DNA from: a virus
Direction: 5' to 3' (one strand)
Length of the DNA stretch: 42,494 nt
Virus record (IMG/VR): IMGVR_UViG_3300045988_020762
The translations under genes and the position numbers were made by a program. Positions 14,155 through 20,950 of the stretch are shown one piece after another (the stretch's first letter is position 1; every line of letters starts with the position of its first letter). The notes under the pieces were generated by a model that saw only the letters and a list, made by a program, of their open reading frames with translations, was not told the DNA's origin and did no database searches.

Positions 14155-14551
14155 ATTTACGGTCCCCGGTATTCCGGTGGGCAAGGGCCGTCCACGGTTT
14201 ATGAAAAACGGCCACACTTACACCCCGCAGAAAACGCGGGACTACGAGGACAAGGTGGTCCAGTGCTGGAAGCGCCAGAGCGGCAAGGGCTTTGCGGCGG
14301 GTGTGCCGCTCAGGGCCACCGTCACGGCGTTCTTTACGGTACCCAAGAGCACATCGAAGAAGAAGGCCGCTGCGCTGGACGGTACACCACACACCAAGCG
14401 CCCTGACGCTGACAACGTAGCGAAGGCCATCCTGGATGCGCTGAACGGCCACGCCTACAACGATGACAGCGCAATCGAAGCTTTGACGGTGCGAAAGTAC
14501 CAGACAACCGGAGCCTCCCGCGTGGAGGTCGCCATTGAGGAGGCAGAATGA
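14144..14551 (+). CDS. rusA: RusA-family Holliday junction resolvase
   Basis: MKIEFTVPGIPVGKGRPRF...KRPDADNVAKAILDALNGHAYNDDSAI is a canonical RusA pattern. Confidence 0.9.
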   Translation: MKIEFTVPGIPVGKGRPRFMKNGHTYTPQKTRDYEDKVVQCWKRQSGKGFAAGVPLRATVTAFFTVPKSTSKKKAAALDGTPHTKRPDADNVAKAILDALNGHAYNDDSAIEALTVRKYQTTGASRVEVAIEEAE

Positions 14552-14895
14552 TGGATGCTATGGAGTTTTTGAAAACATTGCGCAGAATGTGCAACTGTGA
14601 GTGCTGCAACTGCGAGTTCAAGAAAAGGCTTGGCGTGTTTGAAACCTGCACAGCCTGGAGAAAAACCCACCCGGACGAGGCCGTTGCTATCGTCGAAAAG
14701 TGGGCAAAGGAGCACCCCATCAAAACCCGCCAGAGCGTTTTTCTGGAACAGTTTCCAAATGCGCCAATATATACGAACACACATAACGTTGCTTTAGACC
14801 CATGCCTTGTTGATACAACGTTACGCGGACATTGCCCGACTGGAAGAGGTTGTGATATTTGCCGCCGCGAGTTCTGGATGCAGGAGGTGGAATGA
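14548..14895 (+). CDS. Cys-rich hypothetical protein, paralog A
   Basis: MMDAMEFLKTLRRMC...HPIKTRQSVFLEQFP...CDICRREFWMQEVE. ATGA coupling. Confidence 0.7.
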   Translation: MMDAMEFLKTLRRMCNCECCNCEFKKRLGVFETCTAWRKTHPDEAVAIVEKWAKEHPIKTRQSVFLEQFPNAPIYTNTHNVALDPCLVDTTLRGHCPTGRGCDICRREFWMQEVE

Positions 14896-15254
14896 TGGAT
14901 GCGTTGGAATTTTTAAAAGCAAGAAAACGGATGTGCGAAGCAACGAAATGCGCCAGTTGCAAACTGTGTCATATGCAAAGAGGTTGTTTTATCGCTCCGG
15001 AGAACGAAGAGATTGACGCCTGCGAAGAAGCTATTGCCATTGTAGAGCAGTGGGCCACCGCGCACCCCGTTAAAACCCGCCAGAGCGTATTCCTTGAGCA
15101 ATGGCCAGAGGCGTTTTACAGCGACGGGCTTTTGCAGATCTGTCCTGCCTGCGTGACACGCAGCTTTAGGGGACGCGTCGGCGAATGTGTTGTGGAGCCT
15201 AAGAATTGCCAGAAGTGCAAAAAAGATTTCTGGCTTGCGGAGGTGGAGGAATGA
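14892..15254 (+). CDS. Cys-rich hypothetical protein, paralog B (tandem duplicate of 14548..14895)
   Basis: MMDALEFLKARKRMC...HPVKTRQSVFLEQWP...CQKCKKDFWLAEVEE is colinear with paralog A. Confidence 0.7.
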   Translation: MMDALEFLKARKRMCEATKCASCKLCHMQRGCFIAPENEEIDACEEAIAIVEQWATAHPVKTRQSVFLEQWPEAFYSDGLLQICPACVTRSFRGRVGECVVEPKNCQKCKKDFWLAEVEE

Positions 15255-16960
15255 CCCACTTAGGTGACATAACGAAAATCAATGGGGCGGAAGCGCCCGT
15301 TGTGGACGTGGTGATCGGTGGCAGTCCGTGCCAGGACCTTTCCATTGCCGGAAAACGGGCAGGGCTTTCCGGGGCGCGTTCCGGCCTGTATATGGAGCAA
15401 ATACGGATTATCAAGGAGATGAGAGAACGTGACATGGCAAGCGGGCGAACAGGTGAGTTTGTGCGACCTCGGTATATGGTCTGGGAAAATGTTCCCGGAG
15501 CCTTCTCAAGCAACGGCGGAAAAGACTTCGCAGCCGTCCTCGAAGAAGCAATCCGGGTCGCAGAGCCGGAAGCCCCCGATATTGATGTGCCTGAAAAAGG
15601 TTGGAACACCTGGGGGGGGTACCACGATGAAATGGGAGGACGATGGAGCGTTGCGTGGCGAGTGCTCGACGCGCAACACTGGGGAGTCCCCCAACGTCGC
15701 CGTAGAATCGCGCTTGTCGCAGATTTTGGAGGCGACACCGCATGGGAAATATTGTTTGAGCGGCAAAGCATGTCAGGGTATCCTGCGGAGAGCGGAGCGG
15801 CGGGGGAAGGCCCTGCCGCCGGTGCTGAAATCGGTACTTCTTACGCAGTCAGGATCAGGGGAGGATGCGACGGAGGCGGAAAAGGAGCCTTAGTCCAGAC
15901 GGAGAAAAGCGGGACGATTAAGGCAGGGAATGACCAGACGGTTTTCTGCCTTAAAGGCAACGCCATTGACCGAGACACAGCGCAAAATGGCAAATGGTAT
16001 CAAGAAGATAAGAGTTACACGCTGGATGCAACAGACCGGCACGGCGTATGCGCCGGGTTTAAGCTGGGGAACAGCGAACACGCTCGGAGCATCGGATACG
16101 CCGAGGAACAGGCCCCTACGCTGAACGCAGAGTGCGGGGGGAACAAGCCAGCGGTGATGTGCTTGAACGATCAGGGGGGGGATGTGATGGGCGTGAGCCA
16201 TGATGTGTCCGGGACGCTGAGAGCACAGGAGCATGGGCACCAGCCCTCCATTCTGGATATGAGCCACGCCTGCGACGTCATCCGAGACTGCGGCGAGGTT
16301 GCGCCCAGTCTGCAAGCCCGTATGAGAACCGGCGGCAACCAAATCCCGCTGACGTACCAAATGCAGGGATTTGGCGATTACCGCGAGGGGGACGTTGCAA
16401 GCAGCTGCAAGCAAAGAGACTTCAAGGATAACACAGACCTTGTATGTTCCGTAGACTGCCGAAACTTTACAGAGGGTGGAGAAACAAACGGCACGCTACA
16501 AGCAAAGGAAAGCGGTGGGCAAAGCCTGAACCTGAACAATACGATCCGGCAGAATCGAGTGGTTCGCCGTCTCACCCCGCTGGAATGTGAACGGCTTCAG
16601 GGGTTCCCTGACCACTGGACCGACTTGGGCGAGTGGACGGACAGCAAGGGCAAGCGCCATAAGGACGCGGACAGCCCCCGGTATAAGGCACTGGGCAACT
16701 CCATCGCCCTGCCGCCGTGGAAATGGCTGCTGAAACGGCTGTGCGGTAACTACGAGCGGGACACCACAATGGCGAGTTTGTTCGATGGAATAGGTGGTTT
16801 CCCGCTGATCTGGGAGCAGTTGAACGGACGCGGAACGTGCCTATGGGCCAGCGAGATTGAAGAGTTTCCCATCGCAGTGACCAAACGGCGGTTCGGCACG
16901 GTAGAGAAACCAGGAGACATGGGGCGCTTTTTGTTCCCATACGGAAAGGATGAATTATGA
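15251..16960 (+). CDS. DNA (cytosine-5) methyltransferase with circularly permuted motif order and enlarged TRD region
   Basis: From ATG 15251 (GGAGGTGGAGG RBS): GGSPCQDLS (IV), WENVPG (VI), PQRRRR (VIII), about 300-aa variable region, RRLTPLECERLQGFP (IX), LGNSIALP (X), then MASLFDGIGGFPL...WASEIEEFPIAVTKRRF (I-II) at the C-terminus. Confidence 0.85.
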   Translation: MTHLGDITKINGAEAPVVDVVIGGSPCQDLSIAGKRAGLSGARSGLYMEQIRIIKEMRERDMASGRTGEFVRPRYMVWENVPGAFSSNGGKDFAAVLEEAIRVAEPEAPDIDVPEKGWNTWGGYHDEMGGRWSVAWRVLDAQHWGVPQRRRRIALVADFGGDTAWEILFERQSMSGYPAESGAAGEGPAAGAEIGTSYAVRIRGGCDGGGKGALVQTEKSGTIKAGNDQTVFCLKGNAIDRDTAQNGKWYQEDKSYTLDATDRHGVCAGFKLGNSEHARSIGYAEEQAPTLNAECGGNKPAVMCLNDQGGDVMGVSHDVSGTLRAQEHGHQPSILDMSHACDVIRDCGEVAPSLQARMRTGGNQIPLTYQMQGFGDYREGDVASSCKQRDFKDNTDLVCSVDCRNFTEGGETNGTLQAKESGGQSLNLNNTIRQNRVVRRLTPLECERLQGFPDHWTDLGEWTDSKGKRHKDADSPRYKALGNSIALPPWKWLLKRLCGNYERDTTMASLFDGIGGFPLIWEQLNGRGTCLWASEIEEFPIAVTKRRFGTVEKPGDMGRFLFPYGKDEL

Positions 16961-17334
16961 GAGATACAAACCTCGTAAATGCTCTGCGTGAGCACGCAGA
17001 ATGGGCGCAGGCAAATGAGTGGGAAACGCCGATCACGCTGGGCGATGATCTGGCGGAGGCCGCTGACCGGATCGAAGCGCAGGCGAAAGAAATTGAGAAA
17101 CTGCGGGGGCAGGTGCCCCACTGGATCCCGGTGGAGGAGCGGCTACCGGAGAATTTTCGGAAAGTGCTGTGTTGGGGTGAGTATTTCCGCTATGGAGACT
17201 TTAATGGAATGTTTGTAAATTACGCACTCGGATATCAAAACAACGGGATCTGGGGCGGTGAAGTTGCCAATGGAACAAATGCTCGTGCTTTGGCGTGGAT
17301 GCCGCTGCCGGAGCCGCCGAAGGAGGAAAGGTAA
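16957..17334 (+). CDS. DUF551-like protein
   Basis: WIPVEERLPE...LAWMPLPEPP is the DUF551 signature. ATGA coupling. Confidence 0.6.
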   Translation: MRDTNLVNALREHAEWAQANEWETPITLGDDLAEAADRIEAQAKEIEKLRGQVPHWIPVEERLPENFRKVLCWGEYFRYGDFNGMFVNYALGYQNNGIWGGEVANGTNARALAWMPLPEPPKEER

Positions 17335-18009
17335 ATGAAAAGACTGACAACTAATTGCCCGGATAACAACCTTGATGCCGCTCTGAATTTGTTTTACATC
17401 AAAGATTTCGAAACGTGGGTGCGGGGCGGAGGTGATGGCCCGGATTACCCGGACATCCGGCTCTACGATTTTATCCGCAAAGCCGCAAAGATTTTACTGC
17501 CGGACTTGGACTTTCCAATGGATGATGATGGCGTAGACTATGCGATGGGTGAACTTTTGCTGGACGGTCCTGATGAGCCGACAGGCCTGCTTGCCCTGCT
17601 CTATACAGCAGCATGGTCATACGCAGAACTGCGTGGCAGGCTCATGCAATACGAGGACACGGAGATGACGCCCGGGGAAGTCAAGTCAATGCAAGAGGAG
17701 CACTTTAGCGGTCTGGAAATGGCAAAATTGCACAGCGCGCTCATGGAACTTAAAAAATATCAAGAAGCCGACAAGGACGGGCGGCTGGTGGTGCTGCCAT
17801 TTACCAGTGGGCGCACTTTGCTATGCAAGGAAAACATCGACAGTCCGCGACTTATGAAGGATGTAGAGCTTGCAATTCGCTATTGCAGCAGTTGCGGAAT
17901 TGTGTTTCACATGGATTACAATGTATTCTGTGATCTGGTAAAACAGGGGAGAATTACTGCGGTAAGCGAAGAGGCGGAGAAAGTATTGGGGGCGAAGAAG
18001 GATGAGTAA
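17335..18009 (+). CDS. Hypothetical protein, 224 aa
   Basis: Long ORF packed in the operon. No family recognised. Confidence 0.65.
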   Translation: MKRLTTNCPDNNLDAALNLFYIKDFETWVRGGGDGPDYPDIRLYDFIRKAAKILLPDLDFPMDDDGVDYAMGELLLDGPDEPTGLLALLYTAAWSYAELRGRLMQYEDTEMTPGEVKSMQEEHFSGLEMAKLHSALMELKKYQEADKDGRLVVLPFTSGRTLLCKENIDSPRLMKDVELAIRYCSSCGIVFHMDYNVFCDLVKQGRITAVSEEAEKVLGAKKDE

Positions 18010-18511
18010 AGCCGTACTTATCAGCATCCGCCCCAAGTGGTGCGCGAAAATCATCATTGGCAGAAAAACTATGGAATTGCGCAAGTCCGTGCCGAAACTG
18101 GAGGTACCGTTTAAGTGCTATATCTACTGCACAAGTGGTCATCCGTATATCTCCGTAAAGGGTGGAAATCTGGACAGGGATACCGTCCGGACCAATACGG
18201 CCGGCAGATGCAACGGCAAGGTTATCGGCGAGTTTGTGTGCGACTACATCCTACAACGATGTGAGATGGCAAATGCAGACATTGCCGAACAGCAATCCTG
18301 TGTTCGCCGCGAAGATATCTATTTCAAATATTCCGAAGAGGGAAAACGCTATATTTACGGCTGGCATATCTCCGACCTGCTGATCTATAACCAGCCAAAG
18401 GGGTTGGACGAGTTTACTCGGCTGCGTGAAACGAAATTTGGCTCGGAGCCGGTGACAATCAAGCGCCCGCCCCAAAGCTGGTGCTATGTGGAGGCGATGA
18501 AGAATGGCTGA
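18002..18511 (+). CDS. ASCH-domain protein
   Basis: MSKAVLISIRPKWCAKIIIGRKTMELRK matches the ASCH N-terminal pattern. Confidence 0.65.
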   Translation: MSKAVLISIRPKWCAKIIIGRKTMELRKSVPKLEVPFKCYIYCTSGHPYISVKGGNLDRDTVRTNTAGRCNGKVIGEFVCDYILQRCEMANADIAEQQSCVRREDIYFKYSEEGKRYIYGWHISDLLIYNQPKGLDEFTRLRETKFGSEPVTIKRPPQSWCYVEAMKNG

Positions 18512-18679
18512 CCTAAAATCGTGCCCGTTTTGTGGATATAAGGGCGTTATGCAGAGAAACGGTCACTGCTATCGAGCATGTTGCCCAAATAGAGACTGTC
18601 CAATCGAACCGAGAACACATTGGTTTTTGAATCATCTATTAGCAATCGAAGCATGGAACAGGAGGGCTGACAATGGCTG
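18503..18679 (+). CDS. Lar-family restriction alleviation-like protein, 58 aa (below ORF-track cutoff)
   Basis: Hand translation MADLKSCPFCGYKGVMQRNGHCYRACCPNRDCPIEPRTHWFLNHLLAIEAWNRRADNG. The CPFCG...EAWNRR signature is present. Confidence 0.65.
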
Positions 18680-18972
18680 ACCAAATGCAGTTATATGACA
18701 CATCGGAGAAACAATCAAGTAACAACACAGGTAAAGCTAAACGGAAGTGGGAAAATGGTTTCCAGAGATGGAGCAACCGGCACAGTGCAGATGGTGGTAG
18801 CTCTTTTGGGTGCTGTGGATTCGGCAGTATGTGTGACTATTGTGAGGATAATTCGTATGGACGCCCGTGTGTCAGGGCGCTGAACGCCATGATCCGCGAA
18901 AAGCGTCTGAAAATCGATTACGAAAAGACTGGTTATGAAGAAGTATGGGAGGGGATTTTTGACGATGGCTGA
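18673..18972 (+). CDS. Cys-rich hypothetical protein, 99 aa
   Basis: Coupled start. FGCCGFGSMCDYCEDNSYGRPC. Confidence 0.6.
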   Translation: MADQMQLYDTSEKQSSNNTGKAKRKWENGFQRWSNRHSADGGSSFGCCGFGSMCDYCEDNSYGRPCVRALNAMIREKRLKIDYEKTGYEEVWEGIFDDG

Positions 18973-19309
18973 ATACATTAAGCGGGAAGCAACGATTAAG
19001 GCGATTGTTGACAGCAGAAACAGGTATTATAACAGTGCGAGCAACCAATATTTAGTCGGGCGTTGTGATGGCTTGGATATTGCGGCCGGACTGCTTCGCG
19101 TGGCCCCCGCCGCCGACGTGGCCCCGGTGGTGCATGGGCGGTGGATACATAGCCGATACGAGGACTGTTCTGAACAGTTTGAGCTTGTGAAGTGCTCCCA
19201 ATGTAATCATGAGGCGTATGCGATGGCCATCTATGTTCACGACGGCAATTACTGCCCCAACTGCGGGGCCAAGATGGACGGAGGTGACAGCGATGCGAAA
19301 TCCGTGTAA
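18965..19309 (+). CDS. Hypothetical protein with C-terminal zinc ribbon, 114 aa
   Basis: MAEYIKREATIKAI...KCSQCNH...YCPNCGAKM. Confidence 0.6.
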   Translation: MAEYIKREATIKAIVDSRNRYYNSASNQYLVGRCDGLDIAAGLLRVAPAADVAPVVHGRWIHSRYEDCSEQFELVKCSQCNHEAYAMAIYVHDGNYCPNCGAKMDGGDSDAKSV

Positions 19310-19460
19310 GGACTGCATTTATTACCACAAAAAGAATAAAACTTGTCAGTCAAAGAAATGCGCCACTGGTAGAAATGGAAAAGTGTCTTGGATTGATAGA
19401 TTGTTTTGTTCTCCATGCAAGAAGATGGACGGCGAGAGAAAGGACGGCGGGGATGGCTAA
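19293..19460 (+). CDS. Small Cys-rich protein, 55 aa
   Basis: GGAGGTGA RBS. MRNPCKDCIYYHKKNKTCQSKKC... Confidence 0.45.
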   Translation: MRNPCKDCIYYHKKNKTCQSKKCATGRNGKVSWIDRLFCSPCKKMDGERKDGGDG

Positions 19461-19791
19461 ACAATCCGGGTATTTGCAGCGGCGGGAGGCGGAGCTGGAT
19501 GCCACCTTCAACGCCGGGGCGGCGATGGCGATGCAATTCGCCATGGACACGCTCCAGATGGCCCTCCACCAGACGGAGGGCTGGGGCTACGATCGGATCA
19601 TGCGGATCACCCATAACGGGGTTGCCGTTCAGCGGGAGTACAAACCGGCGCTGGACTGCCGGAACCCGGAGGCGGACGTCCGACGGGTGCACATGGACAG
19701 GGTGCTGGCGCAGATCATCAACGGGAAGGCGGAGCTGATCCCCTTTGAATCCAGATACCCGGAAATCAAAAAGATCAAATATAGGAGGTAA
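19453..19791 (+). CDS. Hypothetical protein, 112 aa
   Basis: Coupled start (MAKQSGYLQRREAELD...). Confidence 0.6.
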   Translation: MAKQSGYLQRREAELDATFNAGAAMAMQFAMDTLQMALHQTEGWGYDRIMRITHNGVAVQREYKPALDCRNPEADVRRVHMDRVLAQIINGKAELIPFESRYPEIKKIKYRR

Positions 19792-19795
19792 GAAA

Positions 19796-20101
19796 ATGTA
19801 TAATTCAAACAATGGGAACGTGGGCGTTGCGCCAACTTGCAACTCGGCCTATGAGCCGAATTGTGTGAAGGAACCCCGATTAGTTGGGATGAACGAATCA
19901 CTTTTAGTCCTGCAGGACCGTAATAAAAAAATGCGTGAGCTAATCTGTGAAATTCGAAGTGGGCTGTTTGGCCTTAACCAGCCGGAATGGAACACGCCTG
20001 AATGCAATTGCGCTCAAGATGTTACGAATGATTGCAATGCGATTTCCACGCAAAGCATTGAACTTCTAATGGACATCCTGCGAGGGCTAAACGGTGATTG
20101 A
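19796..20101 (+). CDS. Hypothetical protein, 101 aa
   Basis: AGGAGG RBS before ATG 19796. Confidence 0.6.
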   Translation: MYNSNNGNVGVAPTCNSAYEPNCVKEPRLVGMNESLLVLQDRNKKMRELICEIRSGLFGLNQPEWNTPECNCAQDVTNDCNAISTQSIELLMDILRGLNGD

Positions 20102-20113
20102 TGGGAGGTAACT

Positions 20114-20305
20114 ATGCAGAAGGAAGATATATCGCTCCTGCGCATCTACGCGAAGAATGATATGAATTGCGTGAAAACCGCAAAGGAGATGAATATCCAT
20201 CAAAGCAGCGTGATCTATCGGTTTGGGAAGATCAAGACAGAAACCGGGCTGGATGCGCGGAAGTTCTGGGACTTGGTGAAGCTGCTGGAAATGGAGGAGT
20301 CATGA
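20114..20305 (+). CDS. Small HTH protein, 63 aa
   Basis: CVKTAKEMNIHQSSVIYRFGKIK is an HTH pattern. Confidence 0.55.
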   Translation: MQKEDISLLRIYAKNDMNCVKTAKEMNIHQSSVIYRFGKIKTETGLDARKFWDLVKLLEMEES

Positions 20306-20508
20306 AACTTGGACAGGTGGTTCGGGCCAGATTCAAGTCCATACCGTCGCAGCTGGAACGGCAGCACCTGACGTATGAGCAACTGTATCCGTTCCGGCGT
20401 GGAGAGGTAATTTACATCCACCCAAAGGGCCGATTTGTCAGTGTGCGGACAGAAACGGCGGGCGGCCCCGTGGTAGAGAATTTCCGGCTATGTGAGGTGG
20501 TTATGTGA
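20302..20508 (+). CDS. Hypothetical protein, 68 aa
   Basis: ATGA coupling (MKLGQVVRARFKS...). Confidence 0.5.
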   Translation: MKLGQVVRARFKSIPSQLERQHLTYEQLYPFRRGEVIYIHPKGRFVSVRTETAGGPVVENFRLCEVVM

Positions 20509-20726
20509 GTACATTCCCGGAACGGCTGCAGCGGCTTCGAGAAAGCAGGCACCCGGTTGTCAGCCGGTATGTAGCATCCGAACTGATGGGGCTGAGCCGG
20601 GATGCATTGAGACGGTACGAGCGAGGCACGCGAGAACCGGGGCTGTCGGAGCTGAAACAGATCGCTGAGTATTACAACGTCAGCCTTGACCAGCTCTGCT
20701 GGGACGAGGGTGAGCGAAACACTTAA
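20505..20726 (+). CDS. XRE-family HTH protein, 73 aa (GTG start)
   Basis: GTGA overlap. ELMGLSRDALRRYERGTREPGLSELKQIAEYYNVSLDQL. Confidence 0.65.
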   Translation: MSTFPERLQRLRESRHPVVSRYVASELMGLSRDALRRYERGTREPGLSELKQIAEYYNVSLDQLCWDEGERNT

Positions 20727-20750
20727 TTGTACAGAAAATAAATATTTCAA

Positions 20751-20770
20751 ATTCCTCCATTTGGAGGAAT
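20751..20770. other. Perfect inverted repeat attcctcca/tggaggaat (hairpin)
   Basis: Read directly. A T-rich tract is present only for the minus sense. Confidence 0.4.
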
Positions 20771-20872
20771 GTTGACGAACAGATGTGCGAGAATGAGGGT
20801 GCGGGGTTATATCCGTATCCTCATTCTTTCCATCCCTTCTTTCCTCCTGACCCCGGCGGACGCCGGGGGTAT

Positions 20873-20950
20873 GCAGGCGTAGCTCAGTCGGTAGAGCACC
20901 GGACTTCGTGAGCCGGTATGTCGTGGGTCCGAGCCCCACCGCCTGTGCCA
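20873..20950 (+). tRNA. tRNA gene with encoded CCA and an atypical 8-nt anticodon loop (isotype ambiguous, UCG or CGU core)
   Basis: Acceptor GCAGGCG/CGCCTGT, D-arm GCTC-AGTCGGTA-GAGC, T-arm GTGGG-TCCGAGC-CCCAC, discriminator G, CCA. The anticodon arm CCGG(A)-CUUCGUGA-(G)CCGG is one nt too long, and the variable loop is also 1 nt longer than usual. Total length is 78 nt. Confidence 0.7.

Noticed and set aside
13489-14217. Alternative ORFs through the 18-bp repeat (minus strand SLDAPA repeats; + strand ASRLAG frame at 13730..14116)
   Set aside because: The repeat has no stop codons in several frames. Only the 13600..14154 frame has ATGA coupling to both neighbours.
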